Below the pieces are notes generated by a model. The model did no database searches. It was not told the origin of the DNA and worked only from the letters and a program-made list of their open reading frames with translations. Positions 14,611-25,900 of a stretch of DNA of 64,000 nt are shown here, piece after piece. The DNA is from an uncultured Verrucomicrobiota bacterium (lineage in GTDB: Bacteria; Verrucomicrobiota; Verrucomicrobiia; Limisphaerales; UBA9464), in assembly GCA_964602595.1 (NCBI GenBank), contig CAZRRO010000017.1, forward strand, positions 67,528 to 131,527, read 5' to 3'. The position numbers were made by a program, and so were the translations under genes. Position 1 is the first letter of the stretch. The number at the start of each line of letters is the position of its first letter.

Positions 14611-15681
14611 TCAGGCGCGCCAGCCGTGGTTTTCGCGAACTTGGATCATGGCAGCGAGGATGTCGTTCCAGGTCTGCTGTTTCATGAGCACCTCGTTGGA
14701 GAACATGCAGCCGTCCCAGCAGATGTGCTTCAGCTTTTTGGTGACCTTGCCGCTCTTGTCACGCAGCCAGTAGCCGGAGTCGCGGGCGATGTTCAGCTTG
14801 CCCTTCGGATCGGTGGCGAGGCAATGGCGGCCCGTCTTCTCGTGGTCGCCGGATCCGAAAACGGAGCCATCGTTCTGCGCGACGTGGAAGTCGATGGTCC
14901 ACGGACGAAGTGCGTCGGTAAGCTTGGTCATCGCCTGGTGGAACGCGGCGGGTTCGTAGCTGTATTTCTTCGGCACGATCCGGTGCGCCTCGGCGTTGTA
15001 GCCCAGCGTGTAGAGGTGGGTGTGCGACATGTCGGCCTGGAAACCGACGACCTTGGGCATGTCCACCAACTCCAGCAGGTTGACCATGTGCTTCCACGAG
15101 TGCATGCCGCCCCAGCAGATTTCGCCCTCGGCGGCGAGGCGTTCGCCCTCGCCCTTGGCGATCTTGCCGGCTTCCCGGAAGGTCTGGGCAATGAGTTTGG
15201 TGGTGCCCTTGGGATCCTTGTCCCAATCGGTGACGCTGGTGGCGCTGTCGATGCGGACGACGCCGTAGGGTCGCACGCCCAGCTCGCGGAGCTGTGTGGC
15301 GATGCGGATCGCCTTGCGGACATGGGTCACGAAGTTGGCGCGTTTGGTGGCGTCGCCGCCGGCGGAGGCGTCAAACCACACCGGCGCGACTACGGAGCCG
15401 ACCACCAGCCCCTTCTTCCGGATCTTTTCGGCGAGCTGCTTGATGCCGTCGTCGGAAATGTCGATGTCGGTGTGCGGGTTGTAGAGGAACAGGTCCACGC
15501 CATCGAACTTCACGCCGTTGACCTCAGCCTTTGCCGTGAGGTCGAGCATGGTGTCGAGTTCGATGAACGGCTCCGCGCCGGGGCTGCCCTTGCCGACGAG
15601 GCCGGGCCACATGGCGTTGTGGAGTTTGGGGAAATTGTTGCCGGCAGCAGGGACGCGGCCGGCGGAAGGCTTTTTGCTCAT
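14611..15681 (-). CDS. Sugar phosphate isomerase/epimerase-like (xylose-isomerase-type TIM barrel) protein
   Basis: 356-aa product from ATG 15681 ([28 protein letters not shown]...). The composition and motifs fit TIM-barrel isomerase/AP-endonuclease-2 family proteins. Family assignment is by recollection only. Confidence 0.6.
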   Translation of the reverse strand: MSKKPSAGRVPAAGNNFPKLHNAMWPGLVGKGSPGAEPFIELDTMLDLTAKAEVNGVKFDGVDLFLYNPHTDIDISDDGIKQLAEKIRKKGLVVGSVVAPVWFDASAGGDATKRANFVTHVRKAIRIATQLRELGVRPYGVVRIDSATSVTDWDKDPKGTTKLIAQTFREAGKIAKGEGERLAAEGEICWGGMHSWKHMVNLLELVDMPKVVGFQADMSHTHLYTLGYNAEAHRIVPKKYSYEPAAFHQAMTKLTDALRPWTIDFHVAQNDGSVFGSGDHEKTGRHCLATDPKGKLNIARDSGYWLRDKSGKVTKKLKHICWDGCMFSNEVLMKQQTWNDILAAMIQVRENHGWRA

Positions 15682-15773
15682 AGTGATGGGAACGTGCGGA
15701 AGTAACTGCCGGAAAGGGGCCAACGCGGCAAGCCGGTTTTGCCCTTGGCGGGCAATTCGCACGCTTAGGGCCC

Positions 15774-15812
15774 TGGAAAAGCAAAACGGGCCGTCCCGAA
15801 AGACGGCCCGTT
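15774..15812 (-). terminator. Intrinsic terminator after rplT
   Basis: The minus strand reads AACGGGCCGTC-TTTCGG-GACGGCCCGTT followed by TTGCTTTTCC. Confidence 0.7.
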
Positions 15813-15833
15813 AGCAAATGATTTGGCTCTGAA

Positions 15834-16220
15834 TCAGGCCTTGGCAGCCACGGCGGCGGCGGCCTTGGTCTTCAGGGCTTCCTGGGCAACCTTGACGATT
15901 TCGCCGAAGGCAGCGAGGTCGGTCGCAGCGAGGTCGGCGAGGATCTTGCGGTCGACGGTCACCTGGGCGGCCTTCAGGCCCTCGATGAACCGGCTGTAGG
16001 TCAGGCCGGCGGCGCGAGTGGCGGCGTTGATACGGGCCTGCCAGAGATAGCGGAAGGTCCGCTTCTTCACCTTGCGGTCGCGGTAGGCATACTGGAGGCC
16101 GTGGTCAACGGCGTCGCTGGCGTAGCGGTAAAGCTTGCTGCGCTTGAGGCGGTAGCCCTTGGCGAGCTGAAGCATCCTCTTGCGGCGTTTGCGGGAAGCT
16201 GGGGCGTTGGTAACACGCAT
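15834..16220 (-). CDS. rplT: 50S ribosomal protein L20
   Basis: MRVTNAPASRKRRKRMLQLAKGYRLKRSKLYRYA...YAYRDRKVKKRTFRYLWQARINAA is a canonical L20 sequence. Confidence 0.95.
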   Translation of the reverse strand: MRVTNAPASRKRRKRMLQLAKGYRLKRSKLYRYASDAVDHGLQYAYRDRKVKKRTFRYLWQARINAATRAAGLTYSRFIEGLKAAQVTVDRKILADLAATDLAAFGEIVKVAQEALKTKAAAAVAAKA

Positions 16221-16250
16221 GGCTTTGGAAAATTAGGGGTGGAAGCGGTT

Positions 16251-16460
16251 TCAGTGCGAGGTCGGCAGACAGGCCTTGATCTTGTAGACGTCGCGGGGGG
16301 AGAGCTCGAACTCCTTGCCGAGACGGCGACGACGCTTGGAGCTTTTGCCGCTCAGCAAGTGGCGCATGCCAGAGTGGCGGGCGAACACCTTGCCCTTCGC
16401 CGAGATTTTGAAACGCTTGGCGACTGATTTCTTGGTTTTGATTCCCTTCGGACGACGCAT
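16251..16460 (-). CDS. rpmI: 50S ribosomal protein L35
   Basis: KTKKSVAKRFKISAKGKVFARHSGMRHLLSGKSSKRRRRL is a canonical L35 sequence, located directly upstream of rplT. Confidence 0.93.
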   Translation of the reverse strand: MRRPKGIKTKKSVAKRFKISAKGKVFARHSGMRHLLSGKSSKRRRRLGKEFELSPRDVYKIKACLPTSH

Positions 16461-16634
16461 AAATGGCCTTAGCCCTTTCGTTAAAGGCCGCGGAGCTTAG
16501 TGGGGGAAGGCATGGGTGCAAGGGTAAAGATTTCGCAAGGCCACTTCGGATCCCTTCCCGGCCGGCGTTTCGCCCGACTTCGGCGCTGGCCAAACGTCGC
16601 CGGGGTGGCAGCGTTGGCACAAGTTTCCCTTGCC

Positions 16635-18878
16635 ATGAAATTTCGCCCCCTGCTGTGCCTAAGAATTGCGCTGGTCACCGTGTCCCCCGCCCTCGCGGAT
16701 ACGCCACCTGACCTTCAGCCACTGCGGGCGCAGATCCGGCGGGTGGTCGAGGCGCTGGATTACGTCGGGGCGCCGTTGGCGGACGGTCAGCGGCGGACTG
16801 TGGACGCCGCTTTGGCCGAGACGAACGCAGAATTGGCGGTGGCGAAGCTACACGCGGCCTTGGCGCCGCGGACACTGTTCCGCGTCAACATCAACCCGGA
16901 GATGCGGGTGAAAGTCGCTTCGGCCGACGCCAAACCCGAGCTCGTGGAGGGCGGCTGGACGACATTTCTCGTGCGGGTCGACAATGAGGCGGGAGCGACC
17001 GCGGAGCTGCGGGCCGCCAGCCCGCAGGCGCAGCGTGTGGCGAACGCCACGGCGGACCGGACGGCCGACCTGTGGCTTGACCTCGATCTGTTCAAGGGGC
17101 AGCCGCTGCGGAAGGAACTGAGCGGGCTGAGCCTCGAATACCGGCTGTTGCAGCTCTACTCGCGCGACGCCGGGCAGCGGGAGGCGAAAATTTCCTTCAA
17201 CGTGGGCCAGGGCACTCAGGACCTCGGGTTCCGCAGCGAAGCCGATGTGCTGTTCACCTGCGTGCCGGCGCATGAAGTCAGGCTCCGAATCCTCGACGAG
17301 GGTGGCCAGCCGGTTACCGGGCAATTGCTGGTCACGGATGCCCAAGGGCACGTGTTCCCGGCGATGTCCAAGCGCCTGGCGCCGGATTTCTTCTTCCATC
17401 CGCAAGTTTACCGGGCCGACGGCGAATCGCTGCGACTGCCGGCGGGCAAGTATGCGGTGCAGTTCGCCCGTGGGCCGGAATCGATTGTGGAGAAGCGTGA
17501 AATCGAAGTCCGGCCGGGAACCAACGACTGGCGCTTTCAGGTTCGCCGCTGGATTGATCCCGCGAAACTGGGCTGGATCTCGGGCGACCATCACATTCAC
17601 GCCGCCGGCTGCGCGCATTACACCAAACCGACCGAGGGCGTCCACGCACCGGACATGATGCGCCATGTGCTCGGGGAAGACCTCAAGGTCGGCGCGAATC
17701 TAACCTGGGGCCCCTGTTTCGATTACCAGAAGCAGTTCTTCACCGGAAAAGACGACCAAGTTTCCCGGTGGCCTTGGATCCTCCGCTATGATGTCGAGGT
17801 CAGCGGCTTTGGCTCACACCAGTCGGGCCACCTGTGCCTCCTGCGCCTGCGGGAGCAGATGTATCCGGGCGGCGACTCGATGGGCCACTGGCCCAAGCTT
17901 TGCCTCAACACCCTGAAGTGGGGAAAACGCCAAGGCGCCCTGGTCGGGCCGGCCCACAGCGGCTGGGGGCTGGAGGTGGACTCCACCGAATTGCCGACGT
18001 TTGTGGTTCCGCCGTTCAACGGCATCGGGGCCAACGAATACATCGTGGACGTCACCCATGAAGTCCCGGGACCGGACGGCAAGTTGGTTCCGGCCGTCGA
18101 CTTCATGTCCACGGTGGACACGCCGTATCCGTGGGAGCTGAACATCTGGTATCAGACCCTGAACGCCGGCTTCCGCACGCGCATCAGCGGCGAGACGGAC
18201 TTCCCGTGCATCTACAGCGAGCGGGTGGGGCTCGGCCGCAGCTACGTCAAGCTGGGCGCCCAATGGACCTACGAGGACTGGTGCGAAGGCATCCGCGCGG
18301 GCCGGAATTACGTGAGCGACGGTTTCAGCCACCTGCTGGACTTCCGGGCGGACAACACCGTGATGGGCGAAAACGGCAGCCAACTTTCCCTGCCGAAGCC
18401 GGCGCCGGTCACGTTCAAGGTCCGGGTGGCGGCCCGCCTCGACGAAACGCCCCAATCCAACATCAAGCAGCGCAAATTCACCGAGCACCCGTATTGGCAT
18501 CTGGAACGGGCCCGCCTCGACGGAACCCGCACCGTTCCTGTGGAGTTGCTGGAAAACGGCTTCGTCGTCGCGCGGACCAACCTCGTGGCGGACGGCTCAT
18601 ACCAGGACGTCACGTTCAACCATGCCGTCACGCGGTCGGGCTGGTTCGCCGTCAGGATTCTGCCGAGTTCGCATACAAATCCGATCTTCGTCGAAGTCGG
18701 AGGCAAACCGATCCGGGCCTTCCGCCGGAGCCTTGAATGGTGCCTGAAGAGCGTGGACCAGTGCTGGCAGAACAAGGAGCGCTTCATGCAGGGCGACGAA
18801 CTCGTCCAGGCTAAGGAAGCCTACGAACACGCCCGCGAGGTTTACCGGCGCCGGCTCGCCGAGTGTGAGTGGGATTGA
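16635..18878 (+). CDS. Secreted PHP/CehA-McbA-like metallohydrolase family protein
   Basis: A signal peptide from ATG 16635 (MKFRPLLCLRIALVTVSPALA). The ISGDHHIHAAGCAHY motif resembles the PHP-type metal site. The family call is tentative. Confidence 0.5.
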   Translation: MKFRPLLCLRIALVTVSPALADTPPDLQPLRAQIRRVVEALDYVGAPLADGQRRTVDAALAETNAELAVAKLHAALAPRTLFRVNINPEMRVKVASADAKPELVEGGWTTFLVRVDNEAGATAELRAASPQAQRVANATADRTADLWLDLDLFKGQPLRKELSGLSLEYRLLQLYSRDAGQREAKISFNVGQGTQDLGFRSEADVLFTCVPAHEVRLRILDEGGQPVTGQLLVTDAQGHVFPAMSKRLAPDFFFHPQVYRADGESLRLPAGKYAVQFARGPESIVEKREIEVRPGTNDWRFQVRRWIDPAKLGWISGDHHIHAAGCAHYTKPTEGVHAPDMMRHVLGEDLKVGANLTWGPCFDYQKQFFTGKDDQVSRWPWILRYDVEVSGFGSHQSGHLCLLRLREQMYPGGDSMGHWPKLCLNTLKWGKRQGALVGPAHSGWGLEVDSTELPTFVVPPFNGIGANEYIVDVTHEVPGPDGKLVPAVDFMSTVDTPYPWELNIWYQTLNAGFRTRISGETDFPCIYSERVGLGRSYVKLGAQWTYEDWCEGIRAGRNYVSDGFSHLLDFRADNTVMGENGSQLSLPKPAPVTFKVRVAARLDETPQSNIKQRKFTEHPYWHLERARLDGTRTVPVELLENGFVVARTNLVADGSYQDVTFNHAVTRSGWFAVRILPSSHTNPIFVEVGGKPIRAFRRSLEWCLKSVDQCWQNKERFMQGDELVQAKEAYEHAREVYRRRLAECEWD

Positions 18879-19169
18879 GCGGGGCGGCGATCGTGCGCAA
18901 TTCTTGACGAACAAGTTGAGTGCCCGCTCTCCGGCAAGGCAACAAATGGGTGTCGGTCTACCACGCCACCGGGTCAGGCTCGAAATTGAAGGGCGGGACC
19001 GATACCGCTGAGCAGGCTGTTTTAGCATGGTTCCCACGCGGCGAAGTTTTTGAGACATGAGGCACGTTCGGATTCGTGCCCGGAATCAGGGACCTCGGCA
19101 GGCGGGGCTTGCGGCGGACCGCGAAAAAACGCGAGCGTCCGCGGAAGCCGGCGTCCGGTCGGCCCATTC

Positions 19170-20459
19170 ATGAATCAGGCTTCCCTGTTTACCCGCTGGC
19201 TGGCCCGGAGTCCGGTGGCGTTCACGTTGCTGGCGTCCGCCGCCGCGTTTGGCGCCTACACGTGCATGTATGCGTTTCGCCGGCCGTTCACCGTGGGAAC
19301 CTACGAGGGACAGGAACTGTGGGGCTTTCGCTTCAAGGTGCTGCTCGTGGTCGCCCAGATGATCGGCTACGCGCTTTCGAAGTTCACGGGCATCAAGGTG
19401 GTCTCCGAAGCCAAGCCGGGCGCCCGGATCGTGCTGATCGTGGCCTTGCACGCGGTGGCGTGGCTGGGCCTGCTGATGCTGGCGGTGCTGCCGCCAGAGC
19501 TGGCGTTGGTCGGCATGTTCCTCAATGGCCTGCCGCTGGGCATGATTTGGGGATTGGTCTTCAGCTTCCTGGAAGGGCGGCGCGTCACGGAGTTCCTCGG
19601 GCTCGGCCTGAGCGTGAGTTTCATCTTCGCCTCCGGCTGGGTGAAGTCGGCGGGCGGCATGGTGATGAAGTCGTGGGGTGTGGCGGAACTGTGGATGCCG
19701 GCCGTGACGGCGGCGCTGTTTGTGCCGCCGATGGCGCTGTGCCTTTGGGTGATGAGCCAGTTGCCGCCGCCCGACGAACGGGACATCGCCGAACGCACCA
19801 AACGCGAACCCATGGACGGCGCGGCCCGGCGACGCCTGCTGCGGGAACTCGGCGTGCCGCTCGGGCTGCTGGTTGCCCTCTACGTCGCCCTCTCGGTTTA
19901 CCGTGACCTGCGCGACTCCTTCATGGCCGACGTGCTGAAGGAACTGGGGCAAGGCGTGCCCACGGGCATCTTTGCCCAAGTGGAGTCCTTTGCCGGAGTG
20001 GGCGTCATGGTGGCGCTCGCCGGGCTATGGTTCATCCGGGACCACTGGCGGGCCTTGGCGACCTACCACGTGATCATCCTCGTGGGCACGACGCTGGTCG
20101 GGCTGGCCAGTTGGCTATTCCGCCTCGGCCACATGACCTCGTTCTGGTGGTTGGCGCTGACAGGGCTCGGCGTCTATCTCGCCTATGTGCCCTTCAACAG
20201 CATCCTGTTCGATCGCCTGCTCGCCGCGACGCGGCGCGTGGGCACGGCGAGTTTCCTGATCTACGTGGCCGACGCCTCGGGTTACGCCGCCTCGGTGGCG
20301 CTTTACCTTGGCCGGATGTTCGGCCTCAAGAGCGTGAGTTGGACCCAGTTGACGTTGTTAAGCAGTTGGGGCCTCGCCGTCGTGGCGCCCCTGCTGCTGG
20401 GCACCGCGTGGGTGGCGCTGCGCCGCCAGCGGGAGGCGGCCGCGCGCCTGACTGCGTAA
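19170..20459 (+). CDS. Polytopic membrane protein (DUF5690/MFS-like)
   Basis: About 12 hydrophobic segments. The N-terminus FGAYTCMYAFRRPFTVGTYEG...KVLLVVAQMIGYALSKFTGIKVVSE resembles DUF5690 proteins. ATG 19170 is preferred over the track start. Confidence 0.65.
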   Translation: MNQASLFTRWLARSPVAFTLLASAAAFGAYTCMYAFRRPFTVGTYEGQELWGFRFKVLLVVAQMIGYALSKFTGIKVVSEAKPGARIVLIVALHAVAWLGLLMLAVLPPELALVGMFLNGLPLGMIWGLVFSFLEGRRVTEFLGLGLSVSFIFASGWVKSAGGMVMKSWGVAELWMPAVTAALFVPPMALCLWVMSQLPPPDERDIAERTKREPMDGAARRRLLRELGVPLGLLVALYVALSVYRDLRDSFMADVLKELGQGVPTGIFAQVESFAGVGVMVALAGLWFIRDHWRALATYHVIILVGTTLVGLASWLFRLGHMTSFWWLALTGLGVYLAYVPFNSILFDRLLAATRRVGTASFLIYVADASGYAASVALYLGRMFGLKSVSWTQLTLLSSWGLAVVAPLLLGTAWVALRRQREAAARLTA

Positions 20460-20496
20460 CCGCGACGCTCCACCGCCGGGATTTTCGCGGCGGTTC

Positions 20497-21534
20497 CTAC
20501 TTCTGGAGGAACTTCATCACCGCCTCGGTCCGGGTGTGGGCGCCCAGCTTTTCGAAGATCCGCTTCAGGTGCGTATGCACCGTCTGCGGGCTGATGCCGA
20601 GCACGCTGGCAATTTCCTTGTCGTGAAGTCCTTTTTGGAGGCAGCCGAGCACGTCGGTCTCCCGCGGGGTGAGCTGATAGGGACTGCCGGCGGGGGCTGA
20701 ATCGTCGCCGGTGGCGAACAGCGTCTGGAAATAGCGCCGGACCCGCAGTTGGAGCAGCTCCCGCGAATGGGGCAGAGGCTCATGGGAGAGCCCCAGCGGT
20801 TCGAGCAAATCGAGCGGGTGCCGCCGGCGCAGATAGTAGCCTTCCTGGCCTCCGCCCATCTGGATGAACACGTCGTCGCTCGACGGCAAAATACTGTAGC
20901 CGAAGACCGGCACGCCGGGGGCGGTCCGACGCCAGGCTTCCCGCAGGGCGGCAAAGTTGAGGGCGGGGGCGTAGGCGTTCGCGAGCAGCAGGTGGATGCC
21001 GGCCCGATGCTGGTCCACTACCGGCGCTTGGCTGAGCGCGACCGGGGTCACGCCCGGGATGCGCGCGAGCCAGAAACAGATGGCTTGCCGAAACCCGGCA
21101 TCGGGTTCCAAAACACCCACCTTTAGGCGAGGAATGTCGCCGGCGGCCACCGGCGGCGCGTGCTTTTCCGGAAAAGTGCAAAGGGTTGTGTAGGTGCAGG
21201 ACAGCGGCCGATCCAGCCAGTAGACCGACAGGGTCAGTTCGCGGGAATACCGGTTCGCCGCCGCGCTGATGGAAACCTCCTCGGACAACCGGACCAGTTC
21301 ACTGGCCCGGCGGGCGGCCAAGGAGGGTTTGTCAGTGCCGAGAAGAAAGAACCAAGACTGCCCGCGGTCCCCGAGGCGGACGGCCAACTCGCGGTCGCCG
21401 AGTTGGCGGATCGGCCCGAGGTATTTGCGCCTCACCACGGGCGAAAGGCTGAGCGGCGGAAGGGGCTCGGAGCCAGCGCTGCCCTTGTTGGGGGATTTTC
21501 CGTGGCTAACGGGCTCTGATAGCGACATGCTCAA
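20497..21534 (-). CDS. LuxR-family transcriptional regulator
   Basis: C-terminal HTH: LTPRETDVLGCLQKGLHDKEIASVLGISPQTVHTHLKRIFEKLGAHTRTEAV. Confidence 0.8.
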   Translation of the reverse strand: MSMSLSEPVSHGKSPNKGSAGSEPLPPLSLSPVVRRKYLGPIRQLGDRELAVRLGDRGQSWFFLLGTDKPSLAARRASELVRLSEEVSISAAANRYSRELTLSVYWLDRPLSCTYTTLCTFPEKHAPPVAAGDIPRLKVGVLEPDAGFRQAICFWLARIPGVTPVALSQAPVVDQHRAGIHLLLANAYAPALNFAALREAWRRTAPGVPVFGYSILPSSDDVFIQMGGGQEGYYLRRRHPLDLLEPLGLSHEPLPHSRELLQLRVRRYFQTLFATGDDSAPAGSPYQLTPRETDVLGCLQKGLHDKEIASVLGISPQTVHTHLKRIFEKLGAHTRTEAVMKFLQK

Positions 21535-21647
21535 TGGGTCGGGTGAGGGGTTGAATCGTTGATCGCGCGTTACACAAACGTCGCTGGTCGAAGTGGTTCG
21601 CCTGCACTAATCCATGGCCAGCGGAATTCTTCGAACCATCTTTTCGG

Positions 21648-22508
21648 ATGCTAACCAACTCTGCGGTATTCACTTCTGCGAAAACGCGCCGGATTTCAGG
21701 ATACCGCCAACGCGGGTTCACCCTGATCGAGCTTTTGGTGGTGATTGCCATCATCGCGATCCTCGCGGGCATGTTGCTCCCCGCTTTGGGCAAGGCGAAG
21801 GAAAAAGCCAAGGGAACCCAGTGCCTCAGCAACCTGCGCATGATCGGGCTGGGCACCACCATGTATGCGGCGGACAACGTCGAATACTACCATCACCGCC
21901 TCGGCGGGTCGGCCTCCGCACCGGAGTATGGCATCCCCAACGACGGTCAATGGACACTGAATCCACGCGTGGACGTGCTCCTAGCCTCTGATCATCCGCT
22001 GGCCTATTGGGGTATCGCCTACCAGAGCTATACCAAAGGCACCCGTAAGCTGTTCCGCTGCCCGAGCGCCAAGACGGTGGACGAATGGCGGGAGGACGGT
22101 CGGCGATTCCCGACGCCTTGGTGGTTGGACTCAAGCTACGGCATCAGCCAGTTCGTGGTAAATGGGCTCAACTCCGCCGGGACCGGAACCGTGGGAACGA
22201 CTCGCAGGAAGATCACCAACTTCAGCAATCCTTCCACGACGATCTTTGCCGAAGATTCGGCGGAGCAAAAAATGGAGGGCCCGGACGACTCCATCGGCCT
22301 ATTCCCCGGCCAGACGGAATGCCTGACCCAGTGGAAATACTCCCTCGCCCCACTTTACGGTGGCTACAAGTTCGAGTTTGAGTGGTTCCGGCATAATCGT
22401 CGCGGCAACATCATGTGGATGGACGGCCACTCCTCCACCGCTCCGCTCACCAAAAAGGGCGTGGACTACCGTTGGTATACCGGAGAAGCGCCTCTCCAAA
22501 ATCCGTAA
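21648..22508 (+). CDS. Prepilin-type N-terminal cleavage/methylation domain protein (H-X9-DG family)
   Basis: [25 protein letters not shown] pilin-like leader, and a C-terminal [13 protein letters not shown] (H-X9-DG) motif. Confidence 0.85.
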   Translation: MLTNSAVFTSAKTRRISGYRQRGFTLIELLVVIAIIAILAGMLLPALGKAKEKAKGTQCLSNLRMIGLGTTMYAADNVEYYHHRLGGSASAPEYGIPNDGQWTLNPRVDVLLASDHPLAYWGIAYQSYTKGTRKLFRCPSAKTVDEWREDGRRFPTPWWLDSSYGISQFVVNGLNSAGTGTVGTTRRKITNFSNPSTTIFAEDSAEQKMEGPDDSIGLFPGQTECLTQWKYSLAPLYGGYKFEFEWFRHNRRGNIMWMDGHSSTAPLTKKGVDYRWYTGEAPLQNP

Positions 22509-22512
22509 TCCC

Positions 22513-22890
22513 ATGCGAATCCACCTTATGAAGTCCCCCATTTTCGCAGCGATTGTCGGGGTGATTCTGGTCGGTTGCGGCCCCGGGAGCAGTGAGGCCC
22601 CGGCCGCCCTGTCGACCGCCGAAGTTCCGCGGACGGTGGAAGCCGCCTTTGCCACCGCCCCGGCGGAGACCCGCAAGGCGGTGACCGAGATCGCCGCCGA
22701 TATTTCCACCAACCCCGACATGGCGGTCCAAGGGTTGGAGCAATTCTCGAAACGGCCCGACCTCTCGGCCGAACAGCGCGAGGCCACCGCCCAGGCAATG
22801 GCCGCGGCCATCGCCGAGCTCCAGAAGGCCGCCGCCTCGGGCAACGCCCAGGCCAAGGAGGCCCTCGAAGCCCGCGCCGCGCGGAAATAG
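22513..22890 (+). CDS. Small lipoprotein
   Basis: Signal peptide plus lipobox (IVGVILVGC), followed by an Ala/Glu-rich helical region. Confidence 0.55.
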   Translation: MRIHLMKSPIFAAIVGVILVGCGPGSSEAPAALSTAEVPRTVEAAFATAPAETRKAVTEIAADISTNPDMAVQGLEQFSKRPDLSAEQREATAQAMAAAIAELQKAAASGNAQAKEALEARAARK

Positions 22891-22953
22891 ACTTTTCTCG
22901 CTCCTGTCCCCCATCTGTCTCCCTCAGTTTCCATACACACACAGTCCAACATC

Positions 22954-25900
22954 ATGAAACACACCCAGGCATTTAGCATTCGCTCCTCCTTGCTGGGAGC
23001 GACGCTGCTTGGAGTTGCCACGGCATGGGCCCAACAGCCCGTCGGTCAGTGGGACTTCAACAGCGGCAACCTCAACGGCGCCCCCGGAACGGCTTTGGCC
23101 TACCGGGATGGCGTGGGCACCGGGTTCCAGTTCGGAACGACCACCGCGCTCGGCATCCCGGATATTGGCGGCACTGCTGCCAATGTGCTGAAGGTGCCGG
23201 CCGGCGCCGACACGAGCTCCGGGCTCAACATGCCCGTAGCCGCGGCGCCCAACGGCGGCAGCGTCGCCGGTCTCGTCAATGACTACACGCTGGTCATGGA
23301 CGTTCTGTTCCCGGCCAGCGCCGACAAGCTGGTTCGCGGTCTGCTGGATTCCGATGGCGGCGCGAGCGATCCGGACTCGGAAATCTTCGTCACGGCGGCG
23401 AATACGTTTGGCGCCAAGAACGCGGCCTTCGGCGTGATCACCACCAACAAGTGGTATCGCTTGGGCCTCGTCGTCGATGGCACCGGTGGCAAGGTTCGCC
23501 TCTACGTGGACGGCGCAGAAGTGGGTTCGGCCAAGCCGGCCAACCAAGTTGACGGTCGTTTTGCGCTCGCCAGCGGCGCCGCTGCCGGCCTTTTCACGGA
23601 TGACACCGGCGAAACCGCCATTGCCTACGTCAACAGCATTCAGTTGCGCGACGCGGCCCTGACCAAGCCTCAAATGCTAGCGCTCGGTGGCGCCCAGGCC
23701 GCAGGCATCCCCACGACCCTGCCTCCGGTTCCGTCATCGGTGGAAAAATGGATTCCCGCGGGCGAGTTCGCCAGCCGGAGCACGGATGTCGGTGCCGTGA
23801 TCAGCTTGGGCGATACCACGGTCCAGAATGCGTCCATCACACTGAAACTGGATGGGGTGGCGATCGCCTCGCCCACCATTACCCGCGACGGCAGCCTGAT
23901 TACCGTCAAGGCCACTCCGGCTCCGTTCACTCCCGGGACTGAGCACACCATCGAAGTTACCTACACCGATAGCTTGGCCGGGGTGAAGACCCTGACCCGC
24001 ACGTTCGGTGCGGCGCTCTTCTACGAGGACTTTGACGGTTTGGCGTTGGTTCCGCGCAAGGACGAGAGCAATGCAGCCACGGAAGCCTTTGAACAGGGCT
24101 GGACCAACCGGCCGCCCGCCGGCTGGATCGTGGACAACAGCCAGTTCCTAGCGACGATCATCAGCCCGGAAAATCCCGACGACGACGCCGACGGTTATGC
24201 CGACCTCGATGGGCGCACCGAGTGGGCTGGCTGGAGTTTCGCCAACAAGGATTTCTGGCTGGCTGCTGACAATCAAACCCGCGACCAGTTCACGCTGGCT
24301 TCTGGCAATGTCGCCATCGCCGATCCCGATGAATGGGATGACCAGTCGCACCTCAAGAGCCTCTTCAATTCCTTCCTGAAAACTCCGGAAATTTCCCTGA
24401 CCGGCATTGCTCCAGGCACCGCCTTCCTCAAGTTCGCTTCCAGCTGGCGGCCGGAAGGTTTCGACGATGTCAGCGCCGCGGATTCCACCACCGGATTCCC
24501 GTCGCTGAACAACGACGGCACCACTGCGATCAACAACCAGACTGCAATCGTGACCGTCAGCTTCGATGGCGGCGCCCCGATCCAAGTCCTCAAGTATGAC
24601 TCAAAGGAAGGCAGCCCAACGTTCAAGCCGGATGCCCAGAATGAGCAGATCCTGCTCCCGCTGAACAATCCTGCCGGCGCCCAGAAGATGGTGCTCTCGT
24701 TTGAACTGCGCGATGGCGCGAATGACTGGTGGTGGGCTGTTGACAACGTGGTAGTCAGCGCGGGCGCGGCTCCGCCGACCATCGCCACCCAAGCAACCCC
24801 CATCGAAGCAAATGAAGGAACCGCCGCCGCCCTCACGGTTGTTCCGACCGGCGACTCTCTGTCGTTCCAGTGGTATAAGGGATTTGGGGTCAATCGCACT
24901 CTCGTGGCCGGTGCCACCACTGCCACCCTGAGCTTCTCGCCCCTCAAGGTTGAGGACGCGGGATACTACTCGGTCGAAGTGAAGAACACCGTCGGCACCG
25001 TGACCAGCAACCCGACCAAGGTGGCTGTGTTGCCCGTCACCGAAGGCCGCCTCACGCTGCTGACCGAGGACTTTGAGTCCTTGGTGCTCGGGCCTAATCA
25101 GGACGAAACCACAGTGGATGAAACCGCTTGGACCCACACCACCCCTGCGGGCTGGGTCATCGACAACACCGGTGTTCCCGGCGCGGGCACGGAAAATGAC
25201 GGCGTCACTGAGTGGGCCGGCTGGAGTTTCGCGGACAAGACGTTCTGGGCCACCGCCGGTGGCCAGAACCGCGCCGCGTTCACCAAGGGCGTGGGCGCAG
25301 TGGCCGTGGGTGACAGTGATGAGTGGGATGACCAAGGTCACGAACCCGGCAACATGGCAACCTACCTTAAGACCAAGGAAGTCTCCTTGGACGGTGTGAA
25401 GGCCGGTTCCGTAATCGTGAAGTTCGATTCAAGCTGGAACCCCGAAGAACCCCAGAAGGGCAACGTGGTCGTGTCGTTCGACGGCGGCGCTCCGGTGGAA
25501 ATCCTCCGGCTCGAGTCCGGCAAGGACAGCGCCGGCTACCGGCCGGCGGAATTGAGCGAAACCATCGCGCTGCGGGTAAACAACCCGGTCGGTGCGAAGA
25601 AGATGACGATCACCTTCGGTTACTTCGACACGCTGAACAACTGGTGGTGGGCGTTCGATAACTTGGTGGTGCTCGGTTCGCCCGCCCCGGTCTTCGCGGA
25701 GAACTTCGACGGGCTGGTCCTCGGACCCAACGTGGAAGAGGGCATTACGGTCAGTCCGACCCAGCAGTTTGCCGCCGTCTGGACCAAGACCGCTCCTGCC
25801 GGCTGGGCGATTGACGACACCGGAGTTCCCGGCGTGGGCAATCCGGCCACGGATGGCGTGACGGAATGGGCCGGTTGGAGTTTCGCCAGCAAGGACTTCT